Source of the DNA: Trichoplax sp. H2 | Taxonomy: Eukaryota | DNA length: 64,000 nt | Assembly (NCBI GenBank): GCA_003344405.1 | Contig: NOWV01000103.1 | Location: 62,001-126,000, forward strand | Reading direction: 5' to 3' | Part shown: positions 1-15,807 of the stretch, piece by piece | Numbering within the stretch: the stretch's first letter is position 1 | How the letters are laid out: the number at the start of each line of letters is the position of its first letter | Translations under genes and position numbers: made by a program | Notes under the pieces: model-generated | The model's database searches: none | Seen by the model: the letters and a program-made list of their open reading frames with translations, nothing else | What the model was told of the DNA's origin: nothing

Positions 1-58
1 ACATGGTAGACCTGGTATTGGTGCAACTCATTCTTCACGTTTTATTCCTCTAAAGTAA
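1..58 (+). CDS. RPS15: 40S ribosomal protein S15 (uS19), 3' end only; gene starts before the window
   Basis: Bases 2-58 translate to HGRPGIGATHSSRFIPLK*, the conserved eukaryotic RPS15 C-terminus. AATAAA follows at 147-152. Confidence 0.95.
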   Translation, partial: HGRPGIGATHSSRFIPLK

Positions 59-146
59 AAATAGCGGAAGAGATAGATTTGCAAGATATGTGCTATAACT
101 AAGGCTATGATGTTGTAACAATATTCCGTCTTTTCTTGTATAGAAT

Positions 147-152
147 AATAAA
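147..152 (+). terminator. Candidate polyadenylation signal of RPS15
   Basis: AATAAA about 90 nt after the RPS15 stop codon. Confidence 0.55.
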
Positions 153-2034
153 AAGACTCTTTCACAACTTACGCTTAGAAACTGATTCTCTAATTTTAGA
201 TATCATCAAATTATAGATCTTTAAGTAACCTTCTAAGCATCTACGCGATAAAGTACTAGAAATTTATGCAAAATTTTAGTGCCTTGCATTAAGTTAGCTA
301 CTGTACCTGTAACGATCTTAGCCAATGAACCATTCCTACAATATTGCTCTTTGCAATCCAATCGGTTTCAATTTTGATCCTAACTACTCTATTAAAGCAA
401 TGAACATCTCAATTTCATTCCCAACCTTAGTTAAAAGCTTTAAAAAGCAACCATTGATTACCAATTTTGGCTAAAGTGTCCAAGGAAGATATCAAAAAAA
501 TAAGTGGTTAACTAAATTGTGATAGTAATACGTAAGCTTTGTACTAGTAAATGAATATACATTGTGTCGAACATTCATATACTGTATTATAATAATTAAA
601 AGTAAACAGGATAGAATGGACCACTGTATCCCAGCACCAAAACCATTTCTCCAAAGTAATACTACGAATCGATGTTGAAGTACATCTGTGTGTATCGCAT
701 GAAATCTATCAGTTACATAGGAAGGAACTCTTTGAAAATCGACTTTGACAAACTAGCCATGATCTGTATTCTTTTTAATCTTTAATACGCTCTAAAGGAA
801 AGTTTTCAATAACTTGTAACTGCATTGCAAACATTGTGCGCATCACTAGTCGCTGGATAGATCTTAACCTGCTTAACGAAAAATGTAGGAGCGTAATTCC
901 TGCTGAATTTTGAACAAATCTTAACATAGCTACTCCGATACATGAGCGTAAATTCCGTTGAATATTTATGCACTCTCCATTAATGCATCCATTTTAAAGA
1001 TTCTAATCAACACGCAACAGAAATGTATCTTATAAAACCATCTAACTGCAAACTTCGTTGTATTTATTTCATATAAGTTAAACATGATAATTTTTACAAA
1101 TTGTTAAAAAATATGCAATAAATGTATAACTAAAGCATCGAGTTATAGTACATTGATACAAATTATTACATCTTGCAGAAACGTTATTTACATACGAGTT
1201 GATTATCTTCAGATAAATCGCGATATTTTTAAATTTTCGAGTAGAGAGTAATCGATTATATAATTTTAATCGAAATTTTCATATAAGTTAAACAATAGTG
1301 AATGATTTGATTGCGAGAAATAAAGGAAATTCCATCCGCAAAATAAAGTATAAGCTCTAATATCGGGCTGTATCCGTATTATCAAAACATTACATAGCAA
1401 TTGCCATTATTCTTACATCCTTTACTAACTACGTACTTCGGTATTGCAATTTTATGAAAGTAATCTTAATAAGTATGGCTATATATCTTTAAAGTATAAG
1501 TAAACCATTTAGAAATGGTTATTATACCACTAGTCAAAATGAACCATTAGATGTTCAGTATTACATCACCTATTCATTAGTATTTAACAAGGCATGATAA
1601 TTCTATTTGATAAGTACATTACTCTACTACTAACAATACGTGGAAATAACTCTTATAATATTTATGAAATCATTTTTCCATAAAAAATATTATTAAAATA
1701 ATATTTCAAGCTAACATAAAGGAGTATGTGATGAAAATAGAGGACTCAATAATATAATTGGCAGTCCTTGAAATATCTAATTGCAAAAGGTGAGTACAGC
1801 GATGTAATAATTCGTACTATTTATCTGATCATATTACGGTAAGTGTTGTTACACTATAAAAATTTCGCAAAAACAACTTCAGTCAAAAATTTGACTAATA
1901 TAGATCAACATTACAAATTTCAAAACAATCTTGCGATACTTGTACTTCATCGTTGGTAGCAGAAACGCCAATTAGTTGATCGTAAGAAACCTTTAAATAG
2001 CTTAATTTAAAACAATTTTCCGCTACCAACTAGT

Positions 2035-5000
2035 TTAAGTAGATACCGCGGGTTTATTTAAAATGCTATGAGCAGGATGCGATTCTAGTAAGGACTTTTT
2101 AAAGAGCAACTGCCGTAATCGATTCGGATCACTATGATGTTCCGATAAGTAAGATCGATAATGGGGCGTTGGAGAATGTGATCCATAAAGCAATTCATTT
2201 GGACGTCCACTTAAATCAAAGGCCTGGGCACTTCTGGTGCGTAATCTGTGAAAAACAGTTTATTTAATATAAATGACGTTAATCTGAAAAGAATTCATTT
2301 CCACTATAATAACAAGTTATGACATAGCATAAAGTCTATTCTAACTAGTCCTAGATTAAATAATAGTAGCGACACCTGAATTTAGTCATAAATCGACAAA
2401 AGCAATTAATCCAACAGGAATAATTCGTCAGCTACTTGTTGCTCTTACCTCCTATTACTACTGAAATTTATACCACTGTCGGCATGTTCACCATGAATTA
2501 GATTTTTGTAATTGTTATGTAAGTTAAAATGTCCAATTCGACTACTGTCTTTGTTATTTGGATATGGAAGCTAAAAAGCCGAAAAATTACAATTATGACG
2601 CAATCGAAATCATGGGAAATCTACTATTTAAGAAATTATCCTTCTTAAATAGAGTCCGCAGTTATACCTGATCATTCCGATCTAAAAGATTAATGGAATC
2701 ATCTCCATCGGACTTATCAATCTTCGTGGAACTACTGAGTGAAAAATTCGTAATATAAAATTTTAGCAAATTAACTTTATAAATTCACGCTAATCCAGTT
2801 CTGATTACCTGAAATTAGTTTTATAATTTTGAACTTCACTCTTATTCATGCTAGTTAGGGCCAATTTAAGTCGAGCTACATCACGCTCTAGTCCACTAGC
2901 CCTATAGTACAAATACAATATAATGAAATTAACTCTTACGTAAATGCACTACGCTTAATCGAAATCTATATGAAAGCGTCTTGCACAATCATATTCTGAA
3001 CATACCGGTTGCTAATTTCATTATGAACTTCAAATGCTTTATCAAGATTCGTATTAATAGACTGATTAGTATCTTCTACAACATTATCTTCAAGATTATC
3101 TTCGGAGTTATCAAGTCTAAATAAAAGTTTAATTCAATTTTAAAGTATGTAAATTAGTACATGAATATCTGCTTAAACGATTAAGCATGAAAAGAATCTG
3201 CAACGAACCGATTCATATAAGGGGATTCAGACGTATTTGGAGCCATAACTTGTAACTGTTTAATATCAACTAACGTCTTGAGTTCAGTAATTCTTGCCTA
3301 AGATAAGAAGCCAAGATTACTATGGCTAGCTTGACGTTACTTCTTACAGTATAGTATAATTCATTATTTTAAAACATTCCCACAATAGCAGTCAATCATT
3401 TTCAATATCTTCTTACATTTAATCCCTTCGCCTGTTCTTCGAACTTTTCAGCGTGATTCTTATGATGGTCGATTGTGACTTTGGCCTCCTTGAGCTCTTG
3501 CTCCAATTCAACGACTTTATTTTTCTCTTTTTCAAGTAGAGACTCATTATAAGTTAATGAAGTCTGAAGCCGTGCAAGTTCTTTACTCTGATCTATCTAT
3601 AATGCATTAAGAGTAGAGCATTTAATATAGTGAAAACAGTACGATATAGCCTTTCAACGCTTTCTTTACTCTCTTACTTGCAGTTGTTGAAATTTTTCGA
3701 TAGTCAACGATAACTGTTGAGACTTTTGCTGGGAAGCTAAGCATGCCTCTGACTATTAATTATAAAAGTTTCAATTTTTAATGGCAACGGAAAATTATCG
3801 TCAAACAAATTAGACTTTTAAGATGAATCTTATTTAGTCATATAAGGCTATGACTTCTCCTATGCTAGCAACTAGTGGAGTATAATATTTCTTCCAATAA
3901 TGACTACCATTAATAATTATTATTCTGGCTATATTTCTAGTGATTTCAACTTGCCCTTTTTTAAATATCATTTTATCGCAATAAAATACTAGATATCATT
4001 ACTTGTTTAAGCTAGATAGCCGTATGATTCGAAGCGCAAATATGTTACCTCTTCTCTTGCTTTCAAGCGACAGGATTCTACAGTTCTATCCAAGTTAGAA
4101 ACTTCATCCTTCAATCGGTCTCTACTCTCAGTAACGTTTCTAAGCTTATGTTCCAACGTACTCAAACTTTTACGCAGCTGCAATGATTGTAATAATACGT
4201 ATAATCAGTTTAATGGCATAATTACAATACTCTTTTCCTTGTCTGAACGATTAAATAATTACCTCAATCGCCTGTTGCTTATATTCATTTGATTGCGACA
4301 ATAGTTCAGAAATTTGGCGTTCACTGTCAGCTTTAATAACTTTCACGGCATTGAGCGCTGAGGCTCTTTCGGTAGACAAAGCTTCTTCAAGACTTTCATA
4401 TCTTTGCTCTAGTCGCTTAAATTTACCCTTTTAGAATTTGATTACAACGAGTTCTTAAATTCAATAACAATTTCAGGAATTAAATATAAATATAACACCA
4501 AATAAATCTTATTATTACATCTAGTTGTAAATTTGTTGCTTGCAAGGAATTAATTTTCTCATTTAATTTTGAAATCTTATCTTTAGCTGCTTTTAACTCA
4601 TCTTCTAGATCGTAATTGCGATGTTGAAGGTCAGAAGAGATTCTATTTACAAATAATAATAAATTTCAATCGATAATACTACTTCAAATATCTCACAGTA
4701 TCTCAAAAACTTTTAAAAATTACGTGATCTCTTCCTGCAGGGACTCTGATGTTACATCCAATGATTTTTCAGCAGCAGTTAAAAGCTCATCATGCCGAGT
4801 GTGATCCCTTTGCCTTACATTTAAGTGATCTTTTAAGGCCTTGATCTCTTTCCTTAATATTGATTCAGATAATATCATTAGACAAAAAATAACAGCAATA
4901 CTCCTTCAAAAACACCATTATAAGATGACTGAAATTTTGTACCTAGCATCTTTCAGTTGATTTTCGAGTAGGTCACGTTCTTGTTTATGCGAAGATGTAT

Positions 5001-8000
5001 TTGCACTTTCGCGTCTTATGCTATTCAATTCATTCTTTAAATCCGATAATTTTTTCGCCGAAGTAATTCTTTCATCATGAAGTTGCTCATTTTCGGCTCT
5101 CAATTTATACGTTAGCTCTCTTAGAGATGTTATCTGTTCACTGGTACTTTTTATATTTTGCGCTTTCAAGACATTTGCAGAAGTCCTTTCTCTCTCAATC
5201 TCCTCAGCTAACCAAGAATTCTTCTGCGTTGTGAATTAAAGTGATTACATAAATAAAATCACAAAATATATCTCTATTGTTTTTCTTTTCCACTTATAGC
5301 TTAACTTTCAAGCTCAAGCATCAATTAATACCTGTTCAAGATAGACGATTTCATTTTGTGCTTCAGCTAGCTGAGTAGCTAGTAAATTAGCGTTATCTCG
5401 TTGTTGGACATACTTGAATAATAAACAGAACAAATAATTACAATTTGCCATACAGTAAACGGGGACTATACTATCATTAACAGTATTATTGTTAATGTAA
5501 CAATATTTAAAACCTCTTTGACCGGATGTATTAATAATAAAATTGTTCTAACCTGCTCTTTCACCATTGCTTCCCTGGAAGTAAAGGACCTTCTATCAAA
5601 ATCAAGACTTTTCTCCAGCATTGTACTAATTGCCAAACTATCTTCAATGTCGCGCATTGCTATTTTAAGGCGTTTCCTCAAAGAAGAATTTTCTTCTTCT
5701 ATTTCACGTAACCGCGATGTTCGATCATCGATTTCCCTTTCCAGTTTCCTGATACTCGATCTCAGTTTGGCTATTTGAACATCATGTTCCTCTTCTAAAA
5801 ATCTAATTCTCTTTTCCGATGCAGCAGACTTTACCTTTAACATATCAATCACAAGAATTCATTAGTTCCTGCAATATATATAAATAAACAAGAGGATATC
5901 TTACATTGACAATTTGTTCTCGATCTAAATCTTTATTACGTTCCGATCGAGAAGATGAATCTGATCGTGCCTGAACTAAATCATCATCCTTTTGTTTCAA
6001 TCGTCTATTTAGAATCTCGCATTCTTTCGATAACTAGCGAACAACAAATTGTATTTAATATTTTTTACGTAAAAGGATCCGTACTTTCAATCAAACTTCT
6101 CTATGTCATAATAAATTTTATTTATTAACCATCTACTTAGCTAAAATTAACCTCTTCTTTCTCCTCTTTCTCCCTTTGTGCTTGTCGGTGCTCTTTTTCT
6201 GTTAATTCTTTCTCAGATGCTAGTTTTCTCTTCAATCTATCGTTGTCGTCTGAAGATTCTTCATATCTCTCTGAATTAGTAACACATAAAGGTTAACTCT
6301 TGGTAAGCACTCAATTGTTATTTTCATATAACAACGATAAAGTAAACTTCATTTAAAAAAGTAGTATTACGTTTCCATTTTCTCAGTTCTTCTGTTAATT
6401 GTTTAACTTGATCTTCAAACAACTGCTTGACTTCGCTATTGGAGTCAATATTTTGTTCTGTGGAATTCTCAGCTGCTCCTTCACTAATCTGTAACTTCGC
6501 TTGCAATAATTTACTCTCGCTTTCAAGTGACGATATCGTCTCTTTATCCAATTTTATTTTCTCTTCGAGTTTGACTATATCTTCTCGCATTTTTTTACAC
6601 TCCTCCTCGAAATCTGATAGCTCCCGTTGTACCTTATTTAATTCAATCTGCAACTTCCCTTTTTCATTCGCTGTCTTTTCAGATAAATTCTTCCAATGAT
6701 CGACATCGCTTTGAAGAGCGTTAACTTCTGAGTTTAATTGATCCTTGGTACAAGAATTCACTTTGTCTTGCTCTTCATGTGTTTCTAATTCAGCCCGCAA
6801 TATCGTCAGCTGATTTACATAAAAAGAATTTAGTGGCTAAGGCAAAAATTCGAGTTCATAAAACGATTAAAAATAAATAAAATAAACCCGATACCTCAGC
6901 AAGATTATCAGCAGCATTCTTCTGCTCATTTTCAAATGATTTCTTAAGAATTCCCAAATCTCTTTGAAGACTTGCTTCATTATCCTTAAGATTATTCACT
7001 TCACGATTTCTTTCCTGTAGCTCCATTTTTAGTGACTCTATTTCTTTAGATAAATCTTTAGACATTTCTTTCTCTTGTTGTAAGGCTTTTTGCACAAGAT
7101 TTAACTCTTCATCAGAAGTAGACTTTTCTGATTCAGCATCTGTAATAAGAAATATAAATTTGTTCCAAGTCGTAAATCAGTAGTGCTATAAGCTGACTAA
7201 AAGCAAAATGTACAATACTTTAAATTGTAATCCAATATAATTATAGCTATACCGTTCTTATCTCTTTTCAGTGAATCAACTATGCCTTGCAACATTGCTG
7301 AATTATTTTGCTCTCTTTCCAAATCAACTCTCAGCGTAGATATATCAGCGTTTGATCTACCCAGATCTTCGTCTAACCTATCACGCTCACCGGTTATGAA
7401 ACGACAGCGATCGGTTGTTGCTTGTAAATTGTCTTGAAGTTCATCAATCTGAAAAGACAATCAATAATGATATATTTTAGTCCAACGTAACAAGTTGTGT
7501 AAAATTTTCACAATATTTTTTATACTGAATTAATGCTATTACAATTCTTTGTAGTTCTCTTATATCTTTTTCGTCTTCACTTGTTTTCTCTAGCGATCTA
7601 TCCAGCTTAGCTTTCAATTCGCTATTTTGCGTCTGTTCAACAATTATCTTGGATCTCAGTTCTTTTAGCTCTTTTCCAATAGATTCTGTTTCAGCTTCCA
7701 ATTTTTCGTCTTGGCTACTCAATTTTGTTTGTAAAGCTTCAATCATATCTTTACTTGCATTTAACTCATCTATGTAGCAAGATATTATAGAAATAAAACT
7801 TTATAATTACTCTTAAACTGTAAACTATTAGCTTACGTTCTAATCTCCTTAACCATATTAAAGCAAGATATAAGTGGAGCTTTTCATTACCCTTAACTAG
7901 TTCAGATTTTCCTTTATAGGCATCGATTTCTTTTTGCGCATCATCTAATTCCTTTACAAGAACTTCCAATTCCTTAATTTTAACATCTAATTGAGTTTTA

Positions 8001-11000
8001 ACTTCGGCCTTTTCATATTCAAGATTTCGAATCGTATCCAAATTGTTGCTTCCACTACTTAATGCTTCATTTAATTGTCTGCAAAACATTTATTATAGTT
8101 AGACTATATTAAATAACCCTGCGATAAATTTTAATTTACTACGTCAAAATTCATATAACTCAGTCTTGTCACTAATGACACTTACGTTTTGAGAGTAGCA
8201 ACCAGTTCAACGTTACCACTAAGATCTTGCTGTGTATCTTCTAAATCAGCCTTTAATTTCTTATTGTCATCGTTCGATTCCTACATCACAGTAGAAATTA
8301 TAATAGTGCAATACCTTAGTTTATATGTGCAACCATGTATTGTTTACTTATACGAAATATATAATTGATTTATAATACCTGGATAGTGATTATCGCCTCA
8401 CTGAGAGTTGATGCTAAAAAATTAAGATCATCTTCACTGAGACATTTCTCTAAATCTCGCTTTAATTTCTGAATCAAATCTTCATGCGTCATGATTGATT
8501 TATCTACTGATTTTACATATCCTATTAACTGCATTGTGGAAAGATAAGGTATGATTAGCTGTATTTAAAGATAACAAAGTAGCCGATAGCCATCAACATA
8601 ATCAAGACAGCAACTGCTAGTATATAAATAGGTTTTAAATTTATTCACTTAGCTCTCTAACCTTATTTTTAACATTGCCTATAGGTTGCGATCGATTGAC
8701 AGCATCAATTATTCTGCTCTTGAGTTCCTCAAGCTTATTCTTCTCTTTTTCAATTCTTTCTCCTATCTGTTATGTTGCATATTAATTACAATGATACTTT
8801 AGACAGAATCTATGTATATAGGAAATTACTTGTTACTGCTTAATTATCGTACTAATGTAAATCGTTATACACAAATACCGAAAGCGATTCCTTAAGACTA
8901 AAAGGATAACTACAGTAATGAACAATATCCGGATTGAACAAAATCACGGACTGAGACTATATTTCAGTGACAACTCCTACTAAACGTTAAAACGAATAAA
9001 TTGTAGCCTACCGGTAAAAGAACCTTATTTGTTGATGTAAGTGGTGGTAGAGAACCTATACTATCAGTGAATGAGTCAGTAAGTCGTGTCGGTCGATTTT
9101 GTTGTATTGCTGTCGGTACATCAATTGTGAAGCACTGGTTTCCACATTTAGAAGGCTTTCGGATGATACCTCGTCGCCTACCTTGATAGCTTTTAGCGAA
9201 TCTTTCCTATAGATAATAATACAGCACATATCCACACGATGATTAACACACAAGATGTGTATTAGAAAAGCTTACAAATATCTCAAAAATTGTACCCTTG
9301 GACTGGTAGGTGGGCTAATACAATTGATAGGCTTCTTAACCAACTGCAAAGAGCATATGCCCTCTAACTGTTTATGGGCAGTTTGAAGCAATTCTTTTAG
9401 ATGACTTATCTATGAAATCAAGCAAAATCATCAAAATAAATTAGTTTTTATCATAAGTGAGATTTAACTACACATTCAGGTATTATCGACGTAGTTCAAC
9501 GAAGATATAGTAAATAGACATTACAGAAACAGCTACAATAGATACTAATCTTTAATACTATTGAAAAAATTTACGATGTGATTACTGCAACCGATAATAA
9601 CTTCTTTCAATTTTAATACTTGGAATTAAATTTACAAATTTACAGCTGTGGACAATATAACTACAGTACACAAACAATAACGAGAGCATTTTTTAAGCAT
9701 TTAGAACCTTACAACCACTCATGCGAGAACAGATCTTCAAGCATACTGCATGATAGCTACTATATATATATATTCTTAATAACTTTTTATTTTATTGTTA
9801 ATAAACAACTTTATAAGAATATATTCGTAGTACCATTCTTTAATTTAAACTGTCTTAATAAGTTGGTGAAATATCACTCAGAATGTATTCTATTCACAAT
9901 GTATCTCGTTCTTTTCTAACAACGGATCTAATGCGTACTTATGTTACACAACGTCCAAAAAATGTGATAGCAAGAAAGATACGGCAAGACTCATGAAAAT
10001 TATAAGATACTGTAAAAAAAATTACGTAAATAGCGATCTTCATTTACAGTGGTATAAATTTCATCTGAAATGCTTCAGACGAATAAACGTAACTGCAACA
10101 AATCACCTAATAATACTGTATAACATAAATAGGTGTATGCATAAAGTTAATGTGAGGATTGATTATGCAACCAACTGCGATAGAATGTACTATCTAATTA
10201 TAGTAATTACTGTATCATACCATATAGACATAGCAAAACTATATAAGATATAAAAATATAGGTGATTATTTAGTTTCACTAAAGATACTATCATTGCCAT
10301 GATCGATCACGATATGATAATTCTAATATTTCTTTTCAAAAAGAGTAACTGTTTAATAAGTTACTACTAGCTATCAGATATTGTAATCAAAATAATAATC
10401 ATAGTAATCGGGAATTAATCTAATTTGTCGTACTTCATATAATATTTTCAAAGAATTAATACTATTGTATTGTACTGTTTGCTGTTAACTATCATTGTAT
10501 CTTCGTCATTATAAGCTCTATAATATCACGAATTCCTATATTCATTTGGTGCAATGAAATCAAGTAGTCCAACTCTAGCTAATATCTTTTGCACAGCAGA
10601 CTGTAATGCAACGTTAAAGCATGAAAAAAGAGCGCTAGAAATCCAAAAGAAAGTCATCTTCAAGTTTAATATAAAAAAGTCCGCATAATTATAATATCCA
10701 TTGCTACATTATAGTACAAACTTCACTACCGCGCTTCACATGCAAATGAAAACTGTTGTAAGGAGTTCCTTTAAAAGTTAACTAGACCTCCATCTATTAC
10801 TAAAGATATCACAAACATAGTTAAGAAAATGCAATATAGTATCAATATTCCACGATGTAAAGGATAAGCTAACTACATTTATATATAATCGTGTTATTAA
10901 TTATATCGATACCAACCGCAGTGAAATGCCACCAACGTAATCAAAATTTGCTCAATGTAAAGCGTTGTGAGGATTTCGTATAAAGCATTAAATGTATGGT

Positions 11001-14000
11001 ATTAAAAATGCATATGATATACTCAATGATAAACAGAATGAACTGACTGCACATACTGTGCTCTAAAGCAATGCAAACCAGCAGCGTATGATAAAATTAA
11101 CGCACAGTCGGATCGTAGGTCAATAACAAGTCACTATTGTTGTCTGTCTATTTCATATAGAATTGCATTTTAATTTCGATCGACTAGATGACGCTAATAA
11201 ATTTTCATTACGTTTGCGCAAACATCATGGATGGGTTACCTTGACAACAACATGATTGACAACTAGCAATCTAAAGATTAATGTCTACATTGTCTTTTAT
11301 GTATATCAGATATTCCTCTTCGAGATTTGTTTTATTAGTTTTATTATATACTGTATTGTTTGATCTACAAATTGGATGTTCTCGATCATTGTAACTATAA
11401 ATCAATATAAGTGGGACACCTGCAGTCAATAGATCTGTTTACTATAATGGTATTTACAGGACAAGATTTGATACAAAATATAATTTAAAATTGTTTAGCG
11501 GACGCTATTGTTTTTTACCCTTTTACCATTTGTAATTGCCCTAACTGACTTACGATTATAATGAAATATAAGCAACAAACTATACTGTACAACGTGTAGT
11601 CCAAAACATATCCAATAATAGGCGTATATATATATACGTGTAATTACATGTGTATATTTATGAGATCAACATTAAGAAATCTCAGTCAAGATCCAAATTT
11701 AATCTACCCATACCAGACTTGTCTTACTAATTGACAGTCCTTCAACATCATTAGCAGTCTGTATAGAACGATAAAGAATGACTAAGGACTCATTAAATGA
11801 ATATATAAAAACGCATATAAGTCAATAAGGGCTGCTATATGTTATGTAAATACTAATGATGATTTTTTTTAATGATTACCTTGCTTACTAGACATTGTGG
11901 AATTTATTACGTTATTCCTGTATTCTTAATATAATTGCTAATACAAACAATATCAACTAAATAAGCTGACACTACCCAAAAAAGCATTTTAAATAAACTC
12001 TTAATTTAAGATCTTATATATTTTCAACATTTGTAATTAAATTTATAGCATTACACTTATATATTCATTTAATGTAATATAAAAATTTAAAGAAGTGATA
12101 AAAAGTATCTCAATTATAGTCACAAGCAATATAAAACGTATGAAACATTGCTTCAAAATTAGGCGTCACGTTACAATCTGGCAATTCTTTAGTAATACTC
12201 AGATATCATTAATCATTTTCTCACCTCTTAAGAATCTGTACATATGTACATGGTAAATCCTCACACTAATAGTTATCTAGATTCTACTGTATATCTACTA
12301 TGAGGATGTTACTCACTGGAAACGTTGAGCAAAAATAAAAAAATTTAAAAACTCATGAGAGTATCACTAATTTGTCATCCTAAATAGCATAAAGAACGGC
12401 AAATATGTACATAAAATTTACCTCTCCCCGCTGCGAATCGCTATTCCTATTGAATGCTTGTAATTCCTCTTGATATTTAATACTTTCCAAATAGCTTGGC
12501 TGTTTTAATTGATTCTGCAATGAATTTATATCGTGATAGTTACGATCATTCCCTTTCTCATAATTTTTTCGAATATTTTCCAAACGGGATTTAAGTTGCG
12601 CAATTTCTCCTAACAAAACATTATCTGTTAAAACAATAACTTTATAAATCACTATGATAATCATGTGAAGATAACTCCGAGTCAGAACCTGTGACTAAAT
12701 TATCTGTCTTATCGAAGTCTTCCTTTTCATGATGTTGACCATTACATGATTCATCGCTATCGTTTAATCGATTTGGTATTGATTCCTACCGTTATATTGT
12801 ACCAGATATCAGCGCAATTTTTCAAATTTATAACAAGGAGTCAGTAATACAATACGAGTAATAATTACATGGCAATTAATTATTAATAGTAGGGTATGCG
12901 TATATTTTTAGGCCCTTTGATAAAACTTACAGTAGAGTAACAATCGGGCGTAGGGTCTCTATCCGACTTATCAATTGAGTTACAAGTTTGGTTAACTTCA
13001 GATGTTGTTTCTTCAATAACTAATGATGGTAGGTTCTGCATACAGTTACAGTCGTTACAAGGAGTGTCGGCATATCCATAATCTGACATAGCACCTATCG
13101 TCGATGGTTCCTGCTTATTCATTTTGTCTAGATCATTACCAGAAGCAATAATATCATGTGTTGTATAGTTTGAATTTTGATCGTTTTCAACCGAATTTTG
13201 ATTGCTAGAACTTATCGAAGTAGTTAAAGGATCATTATTCATTTCAGCTACACCGTTATCAACAATGGAGGAATTTGCACTTGGCTGACATTGGGTTGAT
13301 GATTCAATTCCGTTGTTGATAGCTATAGTTGATTGATGGCTACTTTGTTGAGGAACACATTTTACATCAGATGTATTTACAGGGTCGCATGGTGATGATC
13401 CTACGTTGGATGATTCAAGTTCATTTGCTCCAGATAAACTTAACAGTGGCTGTTGACCACCTTGTAGGGAATCTCGTCGACCTTTTAATATTTTACTTAA
13501 ACGGCGTTTAGAAATTTCGTAAAATGTATTATCATCTTTTTTAACATCTTCATTTGTTTTCTTTTTTCTTCTTTTATGATTAACAGATAATAGACCTTCG
13601 GCTACGGTTAGACTGCGCCGTCTACGACGAGCAGCCAAATCTGGATGTAATTCATTTTTACTCGGCTTTGGAGTGAAATTATGTAAATCAGGTGGAAAAT
13701 CTTCACAATGCTCATCTGAGACGATAATAGTAACTCCATTTAATATTGGAAATTTCTTTTCTGCTTGATCATTATTTTTATTACTCTGGTCAGTTAATAA
13801 ACTTTCATGATGATCTTGTCGATAATCTGATAATGAAGAAGAGTCCTTCTCACTTTCACTACTATTGCTGGTAGATTTGCACTTGGATTTGACTGTATTA
13901 TTTTTTTCTCGATGTTTAGTAATATAGGATGATAAATCCGTTAACGAAATGGAGTTTCTCTGGCTTAATCGTAAAGAAGAAGTACTTCCATTTGTAACTT

Positions 14001-14214
14001 CACTATCATTATTATTACGATTATATCTTTCTTTGATCTTCATTAACCTTGCCTGAAATTCAGTATCTGGCATTAACGAGCGAGGATCGAAGCCTTGTAG
14101 CTTATAGCAAATTGCTTCGCGTATAACTTCTTTATCCTGCCGAGGATCGTCAGTCAGATAATATTTAGTGGGACAATCAATTAATGAACTGGTAGTTGGA
14201 TCATCACCTCCCAT
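2035..14214 (-). CDS. Large multi-exon coiled-coil protein with a disordered Ser/Asn-rich N-terminus; family not identified
   Basis: ATG at 14214 (MGGDDP) opens a ~1.28 kb exon. Phase-compatible splices were checked for CYST|ESIP..VT|DNVL..RGE|ISHLKELL across the ~3 kb intron. Many short E/K/L/Q-rich heptad exons follow (ORFs 4918-8089). The last exon reads LRTRSAQ...NKPAVST* with the stop at 2035-2037. Not every internal junction was verified. Confidence 0.75.
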
Positions 14215-15807
14215 ATCTAATCAACATAAAGACATCATAATTATTCATTCAATTAGCATTTTTGAAGTCATGATGAAAAAAAAAAAAAATTATATAATTA
14301 TAATGAGCCCAATAGCAGCCCACTTATCCATTGATACATTCTATTACATCGAAAAGTACGAAAATCAAGCTCGGGCGTCTAATGGAATTAATGATGGTAG
14401 AATTAAACTAATTATAACATTGTGTTATTAACAGTATCTTCAATCTGATCAGAATAAAGTTAATACAAGCAAGATGCTTACTTGAAAAACAATAGGCTGT
14501 CAAAGAATTATTGATTATAAATACATGTATGCCAAATCGAAATGAATGCCAACTTATTGTATTACTTGTTATTATCAAACGAAGAATGTCATTTCGATCA
14601 TCAATCTTTTTTTAGGTTTCTATAAAAAGAAAATTCGACAATGGTAGGCAAAGTTTAACAGTGTTTTAACATTTGAGATTGTTCATCAAAAGGATTTAGA
14701 ATATTTCTCTACACCATAGGAACGGGCTAGACTCTCTTGATAGTATACACATAGTACGCCGTAGTGATGATAGGCGCCAGGTTGGTGAAAAAAATAAAAA
14801 GGTTAATTCAAGGGATCACTATAAATCCGATGTTACCATTGCACAAACATGTCGATAATGTAAAGGCACCAATAGATGCATACCATAAGCTTTGTATTAT
14901 GGAATAATAGCAAAACCGATCAAAAATCAACCTAAGAAGCTGTTCCAAAATAAATACTTCAAGTCTACCGACATAACTTAAGCATTGTAGGTCCCATGTG
15001 CAATCCGTCAATTTAACTGTCTCATCAGTGACTCATAAATGACTCATAGCGTTATAACTCATAAGCGAGTAGTCAAAAGAATATATATGTTACTGTCCCC
15101 GATTTGGATCAACATAATCAATATAAAAGCAACAAATTTAAAAATGTGTAAATTGACACATGTTTTAATTAGATAGGTTAATGAACTACATGAATAATTA
15201 AACTTGACCAGTATACAGTACTGCTCAGTTGGGTTTTTAAGACGTTTCCACGCCGCACATAGACAACTAGTTGTCATAGCTTCAATGAGATTCAATTGCT
15301 ATATGCGTACGTACAATATAAGTATAAACGATAAACGATAGCGGAATAATTCATGAATAATTATATACGATCAAGGTTATTACTCCAACATGCTATGTGC
15401 GTATTTAAAAAGGAAACGTTGACCTATTTCACTACGTTCTGAGTGGAATTACTTGGATCTGATCGATCGTAGACCCTAACAAACCTACTCGTCTATGAAT
15501 GTGATATAGAATTGATACAGCCTAGTTCAATTAATAAGACAATCGATGATTTTCTTGATCAGCTACTTGAAATTTCAATGTCATGTTTGTAAGTTAACCA
15601 TGTCCGTTATAAAATACGCTATAAATACGAGTACATTTATGCTGGTGTGTTCATATACAGCATGAGAAGGATATACAGTAGTAGGCAAGAGTAGTATTGA
15701 ACAAACTCGACCTATGATAGCACGCATCCAGTTGAAACTGTATCACTTATGATCATAAGTTGATGACAACCACTTCTCATCTCTATCATGACTACACAAT
15801 TCTTACC

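Noticed and set aside
5518-6699. Plus-strand Ser/Leu/Phe-rich ORFs (also 34837-35448, 55985-56239 and 19728-22014)
   Set aside because: They are antisense shadows of real minus-strand exons.
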